This document shows, piece after piece, positions 29,501 to 38,875 of a stretch of DNA of 64,000 nt. The first letter of the stretch is position 1. Every line of letters starts with the position of its first letter. Both the position numbers and the translations under genes were made by a program. The notes under the pieces were generated by a model that had not been told where the DNA came from, searched no databases, and saw only the letters and a program-made list of their open reading frames with translations. The DNA comes from Acidisarcina sp. (GTDB lineage: Bacteria > Acidobacteriota > Terriglobia > Terriglobales > Acidobacteriaceae), in the NCBI GenBank assembly GCA_035539175.1, contig DATLIY010000007.1:1245759-1309758 (forward strand), in the 5' to 3' direction.

Positions 29501-29776
29501 AGCTCCGGCAGATACGGAGTAGATCGAAGGCTGAAGGTTGGGCAACGAATAGAAACCAGCAGAGTTGGCGAGCGCGCTTCGGCTTACCCCGGTGGAGGTT
29601 TGCGTCACTGTAACTTCGGCACCCGGCAGAACGGCTCCCGTGGGGTCGGTAATCTGGCCTTGAATCGTGCCTCCAGCTACCTGTGCCAACAGCGTGCCTG
29701 CCAAGGCGAATCCGAGGAATAGAACGCCCGCCAAATGGAGAAGAGTACTTCTCACGAAAATTCGTATATGCATCAT
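26510..29776 (-). CDS. TonB-dependent outer-membrane receptor with CarboxypepD_reg-like N-domain
   Basis: Signal peptide, then AQVAGGTIQGQITDPTGAVLPGAEVTVTQTSTGVSRSALANSAGFYSLPNL (carboxypeptidase-regulatory fold), a plug region and a long beta-barrel ending ...QIQFGLKILF. Confidence 0.85.
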   Translation of the reverse strand: MMHIRIFVRSTLLHLAGVLFLGFALAGTLLAQVAGGTIQGQITDPTGAVLPGAEVTVTQTSTGVSRSALANSAGFYSLPNLQPSIYSVSAGAAGFAKEVANGITLTVGASLTVNLSLKVGASTQQIEVQDVSATTDLTSSSISEVVDSETVRELPLNGRDWSQLITLQPGADQVRNQSAIGSAGTSDVNRVLRGFGSQMSIAGTRPQQNNYRLDGVSFNDYTNGAPGGVLGTITGVDAVQEFSVITTNYSAEYGKTSGGVVNAITRSGTNAFHGSAYDFLRNSALDARNYFDGPTIAPFRRNQFGGSIGGPVLRDKTFFFANYEGLRQSLGVSQVDRVPSQNARNGIISNANGGNVTVDSAVKPYLAFWPLPNAGLDSTGDIGYYRVATSQIGNENFYTAKVDHHLSLNDSLSGSFQYDSTDLNQPDSLNNLHFVNKDARTFVSLEETHIFNPNVINTVRFGFSRNHAISNTANPINPLAGDPALASVPGRPAPFLIVPGWTVFFGGVGGFPNFVIGWNSFQFYDDAFITHGAHSFKFGLAVERMQSNNYMRFTQNGRFVFGSFSDFLKNNPLVYGVQLPSGESERGIRETLAGGYAQDSWRARHNLTINYGLRYEVTTVPTEVHNRLSTLRQMTDANVHIGDPYFSNPTLKDFSPRVGFAWDPVGNGKTAVRGGMGIYDVLPLPYLFLISAAGSAPFTVDPTVVHPGVGTFPNKAYSMATDTVAQSPLAGERVSYFDPHPRRSLTYNWNLNVQQELGANRTVTVAYVGSRGVHLPYHTDDANIVMPTHTANGWVWPSGDAYLNGNVLNPNVGDINRTTYDADSYYHSLQIGFQGRIRHALQLTGAYTWGRSIDSGSSSIAGDQFSNSPSSVPLWFDPKTRRGLSDFNLSHNGVISILWDTPEVTVQSPVLKWAANGWQTGAIFQASSGSPFSVFIAGDPLGMNSTDPWAYPDRLKSSGCGSLVNPGKPDNYIKLQCFSAPVQTIQTSSGPQQQIVRLGNAGRNELVGPGLSELDFSIVKNSKIERLGGTTVQFRVEAFNILNKSNFAAPLDNYTIFNQDGTPADGAGVVDQTQTTSRQIQFGLKILF

Positions 29777-30255
29777 GGCCTACCTGTGTTTGAAGTGGTT
29801 CTGAACGACAACCCTTCCTCGCAACGAAAAAATGCGTATCGTAAACGGGGGTTATTCGCAGCAAAAATTTAAAAAAGGAATGGTTCCTGCACCAGGAGGT
29901 CGGTTACAGAAACACGGACGAAGTCAAGCCAGCAGGCTGCGTGGCCTTTATGCGAATGAGGGACAACAACACTCGCCGGCCAACCCAACCTGGATCCGAT
30001 CGCGGAGCTTGGTTTGAGTGGCTTCATACTGAAATGTGCCGGAGCTCATCAGTGTGTCCATGTTCCCCCCCATCATACCTTCAACTATTTCTGAAGACAA
30101 ACAGTTCTTGTGACATATGCGGCCTTATGACCACCAGTCCTATGCAGCAAAAGGAGGTGCGCTTCTCCCTGCCGCAGCGTAGCCTCTTGAAAGAATTTAA
30201 AAAAAGATTCGGGAATTCAGCACTTCTTCAGGTTTGCTCTCCTATCGTTACTATC

Positions 30256-31638
30256 GTGATACGCCGTCTACGAGTTATCCCATCACGATCCCTGGCGAGC
30301 CTTCTGGGTAGTGTCTGGCTGGGCCTTGCCATGCCCTTAGCCGCACAGCAGCAGCCGGTAGCCCTGCAGCCCGCTGTCGATGCCGTAACCCCGGTTTCCC
30401 TTACACTGGAAGAGGTTCTGGCCCGCGCCAAGGCAAATGAGCCGACCTTTGCGGCAGCCGCAGCAGCCAGTCGGGTCGCGGCCCTGGACCACTCCATTGC
30501 CCGCGCGGCACTGCTTCCGAGCGTCATGTACCACAACCAGTTCCTCTATACGCAGCCGAGCCTCACAGCCAATCAAGCCGGCTCCAACGGAACGCAGGGC
30601 GCACCGCGCTTCATCGCGAACAATGCGGTTCATGAGTACGCCAGCCAGGCCCAGGTCAATGAGACCGTAGGCCTTCAGCAGTTCAACGCTGTATCCCGCG
30701 CATCCGCCGCCGCTGCTGTTGCTTCGGCGGAATTGGAGATCGCGCGCCGCGGCCTCACCTCCACCACGGTCGGGCTATTCTACGCATTGCTGGCAGCCGA
30801 CAAAAAACTGGCTGTAGCCGAACGGGCCGCCACCGAAGCAGCCAGCTTTACTACGCTGACACAGCAACGGGAGGCAGCCCGCGAGGTGGCCCATGCTGAC
30901 GTGGTAAAAGCGCAACTCCAGCAGCAACAGCGAGAGCGAGATCTCGCCGATGCGCGCCTGCTAAGTCAGAAATCCCGCCTGGATCTGGCTGTGCTTCTCT
31001 TCCCCGATCCGCGCGCGCCATACTCGCTCGCCGTCCCTGCGGTTCCACCTCCTCTCGCCACACGGGCAGAAGTTGAAGCAGCCGCTGCGCGCTCGAACCC
31101 GGAGCTGCAGAGTGCTCTTTCCTCGCTGCGCGTCAGCAATCTCGATGTCACCGCAGCGCGAGCCGCTTACCTTCCGGATCTCGCGCTCAACTTTTCTTAC
31201 GGTATTGATGCACCTCAGTTCGCAACCCGTGGCCCTGACGGCGTACACAATCTCGGCTACTCCGCCAGCGCCACGCTGGATATACCGGTCTGGGACTGGC
31301 TCTCCACCCAGCGCAGGGTTCGCCAAAGTAAGATCCGGCGCGATGCCGCCCGCGTAGTCCTGAGTGCAACTCAGAGGCGTCTGATCGCCCAGTTGGAGGA
31401 GTTCTACGCCGCAGCCGTCGTCGCGCGCGACCAACTCCAGGCGCTCGACCTGAGTGCCCAAACCGCAGCGGAGAGCCTTCGCCTTACCCGGCTTCGCTAC
31501 ACCGCCGGAGAAGCGACGGTCCTTGAAGTCGTCGACGCGCAAACCTCACTCACGACTGCCGAATTAGCTCGTGAAGACGGTATGATCCGGTATCAGACAT
31601 CCCTCGCTGATCTACAGCTTCTGACAGGAACGCTCTAA
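30256..31638 (+). CDS. TolC-family outer-membrane efflux protein
   Basis: The GTG start gives a signal peptide (M)IRRLRVIPSRSLASLLGSVWLGLAMPLAAQQ. Two OEP repeats follow. The earlier in-frame ATGs (30127, 30142) encode non-signal sequence, so the start is uncertain. Confidence 0.75.
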   Translation: MIRRLRVIPSRSLASLLGSVWLGLAMPLAAQQQPVALQPAVDAVTPVSLTLEEVLARAKANEPTFAAAAAASRVAALDHSIARAALLPSVMYHNQFLYTQPSLTANQAGSNGTQGAPRFIANNAVHEYASQAQVNETVGLQQFNAVSRASAAAAVASAELEIARRGLTSTTVGLFYALLAADKKLAVAERAATEAASFTTLTQQREAAREVAHADVVKAQLQQQQRERDLADARLLSQKSRLDLAVLLFPDPRAPYSLAVPAVPPPLATRAEVEAAAARSNPELQSALSSLRVSNLDVTAARAAYLPDLALNFSYGIDAPQFATRGPDGVHNLGYSASATLDIPVWDWLSTQRRVRQSKIRRDAARVVLSATQRRLIAQLEEFYAAAVVARDQLQALDLSAQTAAESLRLTRLRYTAGEATVLEVVDAQTSLTTAELAREDGMIRYQTSLADLQLLTGTL

Positions 31639-31639
31639 T

Positions 31640-32986
31640 ATGACCCATTCCGACCCTATCCGCGCAGCTTCCCCCGCATCAAAGCACCTGTATCTGCATG
31701 GCTTCCTGCTGTGTGCTGCTCTCCTCCCGCTGGGGTGCAACAAGCCAGAGGCGGCCCCCACGCCGGAGGTGTATGTGCAGGCGGTTCATCCGGAACAGGG
31801 AACCATCTCCGAGCAGATCGTCGCCGATGCCACGCTGGCGCCCCTGGCACAGGCTGCCATCTCCCCCAAGATCACGGCCCCGGTCCACAAGTTCTTCGTG
31901 CAGCGCGGCTCGCACGTCAAAGCAGGTCAACTACTTGCCACGCTGGAAAACAGAGACCTGCAGGCTGCCGCACTCGACAACCAGGGCAGCTACAAAGCAG
32001 CTCAGGGAGCCTTTGAGACCGCTACCCGTGCACAGGTTCCCGAAGACACGACCAAGGCGCAGACCGATCTTCTCCAGGCGAAGACAAACCTCGACCTCAA
32101 TCAAAGCATCGTCCGTGCACGCACACAACTCTTCAACGAGGGAGCCTTGCCGGGGCGGGACCTCGACACGGCCAAGGCCGCACTGGTTCAAGCTCAAGCA
32201 GCATACGACATAGCCAAACAACACCTCGACTCAGTACAGCAGGTCAGCCGCAAAGCCGCACTGCAGAGCGCGCAGGGCCAGCTCACCTCTGCCCAGGGGA
32301 AGTATCTTGGCGCTGAAGCCCAGTTAAGCTACTCCGAGATACGCAGTCCTATCAACGGAGTCGTAACCGACCGGCCACTGTTCGCAGGGGAGACCGCGGC
32401 CACCGGCACTCCGCTCATCACGGTGATGGATACTTCTGCATTGCTGGCCAAGCTCCACCTGGCGCAGACGCAGGCACAGCAGTTGGCCATGGGAGCAACT
32501 GCCACCGTTACGATTCCTGGAGTTCCTGATGCGGTGCCGGCCAAAGTCTCCTTCATCAGTCCGGCGCTTGATCCTGGCAGCACTACGGTCGAGATCTGGC
32601 TTCGCGTCGAGAACCCCAAAGGGATCTTCAAGGCCGGAACCCCGGTACGCGTCTCCATCACCGGACGCACCGCACCCAATGCACTGATCATGCCGGCGGA
32701 GGCCGTCCAGACCGCTACGGATGGCGTCAGCAAATCGGTCATGGTGATCGCCGCGGATTCTACGGCGCACAAGAAGCCGGTCACCGTCGGCATCCAGACC
32801 GCGGAATCGGTCCAGATCCTGAGCGGGCTGACCACCGCCGATATGGTGATCACCACGGGCGGCTACGGCCTGGACGATAACACCAAGGTCAAGATTGGCA
32901 CCGACCCGAATGCCAAACCCGACGCAGACGATAAATCCACGGCTGACGCAAAGCCCGAAGCCGGAAAGGACGCCGCAGGCAAATGA
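31640..32986 (+). CDS. RND efflux periplasmic adaptor (MFP/HlyD family) lipoprotein
   Basis: Lipobox LLPLGC. Barrel-sandwich, coiled-coil and beta-barrel pattern (ISPKITAPV..., IRSPINGVV...). Starts 1 nt after the tolC-like stop. Confidence 0.85.
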   Translation: MTHSDPIRAASPASKHLYLHGFLLCAALLPLGCNKPEAAPTPEVYVQAVHPEQGTISEQIVADATLAPLAQAAISPKITAPVHKFFVQRGSHVKAGQLLATLENRDLQAAALDNQGSYKAAQGAFETATRAQVPEDTTKAQTDLLQAKTNLDLNQSIVRARTQLFNEGALPGRDLDTAKAALVQAQAAYDIAKQHLDSVQQVSRKAALQSAQGQLTSAQGKYLGAEAQLSYSEIRSPINGVVTDRPLFAGETAATGTPLITVMDTSALLAKLHLAQTQAQQLAMGATATVTIPGVPDAVPAKVSFISPALDPGSTTVEIWLRVENPKGIFKAGTPVRVSITGRTAPNALIMPAEAVQTATDGVSKSVMVIAADSTAHKKPVTVGIQTAESVQILSGLTTADMVITTGGYGLDDNTKVKIGTDPNAKPDADDKSTADAKPEAGKDAAGK

Positions 32987-35900
32987 GCCAGACTGCCACT
33001 CCGATCTATACCGCTGATTCGAAGGAAGAATCGTTCTGGCTCTCTACTGCGTCCAAAACCATCTTCTTCTTCCTCCTGGTTCTCACCCTCGCCGGCATTT
33101 ATGGGGCTATGCAAGTCCCCATCTCTGTCTTTCCGGTGACTAACTTTCCGCGCGTCGTCATCGGCGTGGACAACGGGGTGCAGCCCGTCGAACAGATGCA
33201 GGTGACGGTCACCAAACCTATCGAGGAAGCAGTCAACAGCGTCCCGGGACTCCTCACCGTGCGCAGCACCACCAGCCGCGGCTCCGCGGAGGTCAGCCTC
33301 TTCTTCGACTGGACGGTCGATATGAACCTGACGCTGCAACTGGTTGATGCAGCACTCGCGAGAGTCGAGCAGACGCTGCCCCCCACTGCGCGCGTGACGA
33401 GCCATCGTCTTACCTTCGCTACGTTTCCAATTCTCGGCTATTCGCTCTCGTCCAACACGCTCTCCCAGACACAGCTTTGGGAGATCGCTACCTACGACCT
33501 GAAGCCGCCGCTCAACCGTGTCAACGGAGTCAGTACGGTAACCGTTCAAGGCGGACAGGTCCCGGAGTTCCACATCATTCCGGACCCAGCGCGGCTGCAG
33601 ACCACCGGCGTAACCTTGCTCGACATTGTCAATGCGGTCCAGAACTCCAACATCATCGATTCTCCCGGCCTCTATGAAGCGAATCATCAACTCATCCTCG
33701 GACTCGTCGGAGCCCAGGCACACGATGCCGCACATCTGGGGGATCTGTTAATCAAGACCACGACAGCAGGCGCGCCGGTCCGAGTCTCGGACATCGCCAC
33801 TGTCCGTCCCGACACAATGCCGGTCTACACCACCGTCACGGCAAATGGCCATCCCGCGGTTCTCCTAAACATCGCCCGTCAACCCTCCAGCAATACCGTA
33901 GAAGTAGCGGACGCAGTCGCCCGCGAAGTTGACCAACTCAAGACCAAGCTACCGGCGGGTGTTCAACTGACTCCGTTCTACGACCAGTCGGAGCTTGTCC
34001 GGGAAGCAATCGCCAGTGTCCGGGATGCAATCCTTATCGGCTTGCTACTCGCCTGCGTCATCCTCTTTCTCTTTCTGCGCGATTGGAGCTCTTCCCTCAT
34101 CGCAGGCCTCGTCATCCCCGTCACTGTCGCGATCACCGTGCTGTTTCTCTGGCTCATCGGCCAAAGCTTTAACCTGATGACCCTGGGTGGACTTGCAGCA
34201 GCAATCGGCCTGGTGATCGATGATGCCATCGTGGTCGTAGAGAATATCGTTGTCCATCGCGACGCTGGGCAGACGCGTGTCGTAGCCGTTCGCAAGGCCC
34301 TCCGCGAAATCACCACGCCGCTGGTCTTCTCCACTCTGACCCCGGTCGTTGTCTTCCTTCCCCTGATCTCAGTCACGGGAGTTACTGGCAGCTTCTTCCG
34401 CGCCCTTGCCATCACGATGACGGCTGCGCTGCTCACGTCGCTTGCTCTCGCGCTCACCTTCACTCCTGCGTTGAGCCTCTTCCTGCTCAGCCACTCCCGC
34501 AAAGCCAAAGCAGCAGCCGAAACGGAGACGCGGGGTACAACGTTGCAGATGCTCGAGGGAGACGCGACCGCCCAGCCTCATAGCGAACACGACAGCGGCC
34601 CCATCATGCGGCGTGTTCTCCATGTGCACGCTCGCGTCCTCAACGCAGCCCTCACGCGGCCACTCGCTCTCGCAGCGGCGTGCGTAGTGGTCGTGATTAT
34701 CGGATACTTCAGCTACACCGGCCTCGGCTCCGACCTGCTTCCAGCGATGGACGAAGGAGCGTTTATCCTCGACTACCTGACGCCAGCCGGAACATCGCTC
34801 ACCGAGACCAATCGCATTCTTCAGCATGTAGAGCAGATTCTCCGCAACACTCCCGAAGTGGCCATCACCTCACGCCGGACGGGTCTGCAGATGGGCCTTG
34901 CGGCGGTTACAGAAGCCAACACAGGCGATTTTACCGTTCGCCTCAAGACCAAGCGCTCCCGCTCCATCGACGAAATCATTGCAGACGTCCGGCAGCAGAT
35001 TAAGGCCACCGAGCCCGCCCTCGATGTGGAGTTCGTTCAGGTCCTCCAGGACATGATCGGCGATCTCTCCAACTCGCCCGAACCCATTCAGGTCAAGCTC
35101 TTCTCTCACGATGCCGCGCTCCTGACAGATCTCGGTCCCCGGGTGCAGGCCGCCATCGCCAAGATCCCCGGAGTCGTCGATACCCAGAACGGAATCGACA
35201 ACACCATCAGCGGTCCCGCAACCAGCTTCCAGATTGAACCGGTAGTCGCAGGCCGTCTCGGCTTCACTCCGACCGAAGTCGCCGAAGATGCCACATCCAT
35301 TCTGGATGGCCTCCCGACCAACGATCCAATGGTCGTCAATGGCCGCCCCTACACCATTCGCGTGCGTTTGCCTCAGGAAAATCGTGCGTCGCTCGACGCC
35401 ATCCAGAACACCGTTTTCAACTCAAGTACCGGTCACACCGCCACTCTCGGTTCGCTCGCCCAGGTAATTCAACTTCCGCCGCAGAATGAGATTCGCAAAG
35501 AGAATCTTCAGCAACTGGTTGTCGTCTCCGGCCGTCTTGAAGGCTCAGACCTGGGCACCGCCATGGCCAAGGTCCGCACCACCGTCGATGGGCTCCACCT
35601 GCCATCCAGCGTGCGCGTCGAATATGGCGGCACCTACCAGGAGCAGCAGAAGTCCTTCGCCGATCTCGCCCGCGTTCTTCTTCTCGCACTGGCCCTGGTC
35701 TTCGGCGTGCTGCTGGCGGAGTTCCGCAACTTCTCCGCGCCTCTGGCCATCCTCACCAGCTCCGTCCTCTCCATCACCGGCGTGGTTCTGGCTTTGCTCA
35801 TCACTCATACAGACTTCAATGTTGCCTCTTTCATGGGCCTTATCATGGTGATCGGCATCGTCGCCAAGAACGGAATCCTGTTACTCGATGCCGACAGAAA

Positions 35901-36189
35901 ATTCCGTACAGAAGCGGAACAGAACGAAGACGGCGATCCGGACACGCGGCGCGACCTTGCCAAGGAAGCCATGCTCCACGCAGCGCAGCGCCGACTCCGT
36001 CCGATTGTGATGACGGCCATTGCCGCGGTCTGCGGAATGCTTCCCCTGGCTTTCGCGCTCGGCGCCGGCTCCCAGATGCTGCAACCACTTGCCATCGCGG
36101 TCATCGGGGGCCTCTTCATCTCGATCGTCCTCAGCCTGGTGGTCACTCCGGTCATCTACTACAGCCTCACCCGCAACCACCCAGCCTGA
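32983..36189 (+). CDS. RND efflux permease (AcrB/CzcA superfamily)
   Basis: 1068 aa with a 12-TM RND layout and two large periplasmic loops. The ATGA overlap with the adaptor gene suggests translational coupling. Confidence 0.9.
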   Translation: MSQTATPIYTADSKEESFWLSTASKTIFFFLLVLTLAGIYGAMQVPISVFPVTNFPRVVIGVDNGVQPVEQMQVTVTKPIEEAVNSVPGLLTVRSTTSRGSAEVSLFFDWTVDMNLTLQLVDAALARVEQTLPPTARVTSHRLTFATFPILGYSLSSNTLSQTQLWEIATYDLKPPLNRVNGVSTVTVQGGQVPEFHIIPDPARLQTTGVTLLDIVNAVQNSNIIDSPGLYEANHQLILGLVGAQAHDAAHLGDLLIKTTTAGAPVRVSDIATVRPDTMPVYTTVTANGHPAVLLNIARQPSSNTVEVADAVAREVDQLKTKLPAGVQLTPFYDQSELVREAIASVRDAILIGLLLACVILFLFLRDWSSSLIAGLVIPVTVAITVLFLWLIGQSFNLMTLGGLAAAIGLVIDDAIVVVENIVVHRDAGQTRVVAVRKALREITTPLVFSTLTPVVVFLPLISVTGVTGSFFRALAITMTAALLTSLALALTFTPALSLFLLSHSRKAKAAAETETRGTTLQMLEGDATAQPHSEHDSGPIMRRVLHVHARVLNAALTRPLALAAACVVVVIIGYFSYTGLGSDLLPAMDEGAFILDYLTPAGTSLTETNRILQHVEQILRNTPEVAITSRRTGLQMGLAAVTEANTGDFTVRLKTKRSRSIDEIIADVRQQIKATEPALDVEFVQVLQDMIGDLSNSPEPIQVKLFSHDAALLTDLGPRVQAAIAKIPGVVDTQNGIDNTISGPATSFQIEPVVAGRLGFTPTEVAEDATSILDGLPTNDPMVVNGRPYTIRVRLPQENRASLDAIQNTVFNSSTGHTATLGSLAQVIQLPPQNEIRKENLQQLVVVSGRLEGSDLGTAMAKVRTTVDGLHLPSSVRVEYGGTYQEQQKSFADLARVLLLALALVFGVLLAEFRNFSAPLAILTSSVLSITGVVLALLITHTDFNVASFMGLIMVIGIVAKNGILLLDADRKFRTEAEQNEDGDPDTRRDLAKEAMLHAAQRRLRPIVMTAIAAVCGMLPLAFALGAGSQMLQPLAIAVIGGLFISIVLSLVVTPVIYYSLTRNHPA

Positions 36190-36268
36190 GGCGTAAGACG
36201 CTGTGTGCACCCCAAACAAAAGCGGCCGGCAACGCTCTCGCGTAACCAGCCGCAGCCTTCCGAACTAC

Positions 36269-37312
36269 TTACTTCCGCCCAACAGCAATTACGGTGAAAC
36301 TCCCGGGGACAGGCGTTGCACGCGGCCTGGGGTTTGCCGCCGTGGCCGCAGGCTTCGGTCCAAACTCCGCTGTCACCAGGTAGACGCGGTCCCTGCCGGC
36401 ATCAAGAGCCATTGTTCGCGCTCCCTTCTGCGTGGCAAGCGTCTGGATCACCTTGTGAGCCTTCGCATCCACCACACTCAGAGTGCCATCGCCGTTGGAG
36501 CTGAACGCCAGTTGATTCTTCTCCTCGAAGGCAGCAGCATCCGAACCATCTCCAATGGCCACTTTAGCAAGTTGTTTACCGGAACTGGCATCCGTCACCG
36601 TCATCACCTTGCCGTCACAAACGGAGAACAGCTGCTGACCCGCCACATCCATCGCCAGGCCCGAAGGAGACTCGCACCCTGGCAGCGGCCACTCCGCCGT
36701 CACCGCCTTCGACTTTGCATCCAGGCGCACGATGGAGTTCTTCGTCTCAATGTTCACGAATATTGTTCCCTTGCCATCGGATACGGAAAACTCCGGCCTG
36801 CCGGATAGCTTGATCGTCGCAACTACCTTCTGTGTGTCCCCATCGATCACGGACGCATCGTTGCTCTTCCCATTGAACGCCCAAATGGTCTTCGTTACCG
36901 GCTCAAACAGAATCGCATCAGGGTTGGTGCCCACCGGAATCGAGTTAACTTTTTCATACGTCTGCCTGTCGAATACGACGACAGCATTTCCGGCGCCCTC
37001 GCTGATGTATCCCTTCTTCCCATCCGCATCCAGAGCCACGCCGTGGGTTCCCTTCAACTCCTGGATAGCGCCCACCACCTTCCCGGTATCGGTATCCACT
37101 ACTTCCACGCGCGTCCCATGCGTCAGGTACAGCGTGTGTTTGGCGGAATCTGTTACCAGGTAATCCCAGCCGCCCTCTCCGCCAATCTTCCAGTGGTCCA
37201 CAATCGAGTAGGGTCCTGTCGCATCGGCCGCGAACGCGGCAACCGTTGAGCTCATCGGCAGCAGCGCAGACGCCACCACCGGAAGGGAATACAGCAAACT
37301 CCTGAGTCGCAT
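36269..37312 (-). CDS. YncE-family secreted seven-bladed beta-propeller, paralogue P2
   Basis: Start at Met45 of the listed ORF, giving the signal peptide MRLRSLLYSLPVVASALLPMSSTVAAFA. The repeated blade pattern (VVDTDTGKV, VVFDRQTYE, SVIDGDTQK, VRLDAKSK...) resembles E. coli YncE. Confidence 0.8.
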   Translation of the reverse strand: MRLRSLLYSLPVVASALLPMSSTVAAFAADATGPYSIVDHWKIGGEGGWDYLVTDSAKHTLYLTHGTRVEVVDTDTGKVVGAIQELKGTHGVALDADGKKGYISEGAGNAVVVFDRQTYEKVNSIPVGTNPDAILFEPVTKTIWAFNGKSNDASVIDGDTQKVVATIKLSGRPEFSVSDGKGTIFVNIETKNSIVRLDAKSKAVTAEWPLPGCESPSGLAMDVAGQQLFSVCDGKVMTVTDASSGKQLAKVAIGDGSDAAAFEEKNQLAFSSNGDGTLSVVDAKAHKVIQTLATQKGARTMALDAGRDRVYLVTAEFGPKPAATAANPRPRATPVPGSFTVIAVGRK

Positions 37313-37444
37313 ATCAGCTATCTCCTTTGGGTTCTTCCAAGACAGCGCCCGTGACGCAGGCGCACATAGCCAGTCTCCACTTACTTCCTGAAGACCACCT
37401 GAAGACCGCAAAGAAGTGCTGAAAAAGCAGGAAGAACTTTCCAA

Positions 37445-38875
37445 TCAGGAAACGGTGACGCCTTCACGAGGGAGAGCCATCGCCGCTGCCAGCGGAAGCT
37501 CGATCTTCACCCGCGTTCCACCAAGTGCGATGTTCTCTATTGAGATCTTTCCGGCTGCGCGATCGAGGATCGCCTTGCAGATTGCCAGTCCCAGGCCGGT
37601 GCCTCCGGTACGCCGCGAGCGCGACGGATCCCCGCGATAGAAGCGGTCAAAGATATACGGCAGCGCAGACGCCGGGACTCCTTCCCCTTCATCTTCGACG
37701 ACACACAGCACAACATCTCCGCGCCGCGATGCCGTCATTCTCACAACACCATAAGAGGGACTATGTTGCACGGCATTCAAGAGCACATTGACGCATACAC
37801 TGCGCCACATCTCCGGCGCAATCGCGGCGGTCAGATCCCGCTGCCCATCACTGCGTAATTCCACCTTCCGCAACTCGGCTATCGGAGCAAGCTCCACCAT
37901 CGCCGACCGTATGCCGTCCATGATCTCAGTGCGCTCCGACGCCTGTGCAGGAGCGAATTCCTCCACGCGCGCCAGCAGCAGCATCTTGTGAGCGAGGTCT
38001 TCCATCCTCGCGCAGTCTGCGTTGCAGCGCTCCAGCCCTTCGGCATACTCCTGCGCTGTTCTGGCCCTCAGCCCCAGAAGCTGTACCGACGACTTCACTA
38101 CGGAAACTGCTGTCTTCAACTCGTGTGCCCCATCGCTGACAAACTGACGCTGTTGCGCGAACGATCTCTCCAGACGTCCGATGACTCCCTCCAGCGCCTC
38201 CACCAGCGGGCGCAGTTCCTCCACGCTTCGGATCTCTTCCGCCGGTTGAAACCGCCAGCGCTCCGGAGAGATGCGGCCAGCCTCGGCGGCCAGCATCGTC
38301 AGCGGCCCAATGCTCCGTCGAACCAGCATCGGCACCAGCACAGCCGTCAGCAGCAGAAGAACCACGTTCGCCAGCGCAAACATCCGGACTGCGCCGAACA
38401 CCTCCTGCCAGACCCACCGTGTCGGCGCTGCCACGAGCACCACCATGGAGTGCCTCACATTTGCAACTCCCGGATCGACGATTCGCAAACCGTGCATGCG
38501 TATCGCGCGGTACTCTCTGCCCGCGACCCGAAGATTCACAAAGCCGTCCGCACCCTTCCACAAATCTTCATCCAGATCTATCCAATTCCTGGAGCGACCC
38601 AGCTCCTGCCCATTCTCTTCGCGCACGGCGAAGAGCGCCTCTTTCGGCAGCGACAGGTCCGCCATGTCCAGGGTCACTGCCTCGGTTCCCTCATCGGGAC
38701 TCTCGGTGACCGAGCCCATCACCGTATCCGCCCGCCCTTGCAATGCAATGTCGAACGAATGGAAGTGCGTGTGTCGCTCATAAAAGAACGCGAATGCAGT
38801 GACACACACGGCCGACACCAACTCCACCGCCAGCACCAGGGAAACGATCCTCCGCGTAATCGAATAGCGCCTCAT
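37445..38875 (-). CDS. sensor histidine kinase (two TM, HAMP, HisKA, HATPase_c)
   Basis: H-box FVSDGAHELKTAV, N-box LLNAVQHS and G-boxes EDEGEGV / GTGLGLAICKAI. A 4-nt overlap with the upstream response regulator. Confidence 0.85.
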   Translation of the reverse strand: MRRYSITRRIVSLVLAVELVSAVCVTAFAFFYERHTHFHSFDIALQGRADTVMGSVTESPDEGTEAVTLDMADLSLPKEALFAVREENGQELGRSRNWIDLDEDLWKGADGFVNLRVAGREYRAIRMHGLRIVDPGVANVRHSMVVLVAAPTRWVWQEVFGAVRMFALANVVLLLLTAVLVPMLVRRSIGPLTMLAAEAGRISPERWRFQPAEEIRSVEELRPLVEALEGVIGRLERSFAQQRQFVSDGAHELKTAVSVVKSSVQLLGLRARTAQEYAEGLERCNADCARMEDLAHKMLLLARVEEFAPAQASERTEIMDGIRSAMVELAPIAELRKVELRSDGQRDLTAAIAPEMWRSVCVNVLLNAVQHSPSYGVVRMTASRRGDVVLCVVEDEGEGVPASALPYIFDRFYRGDPSRSRRTGGTGLGLAICKAILDRAAGKISIENIALGGTRVKIELPLAAAMALPREGVTVS

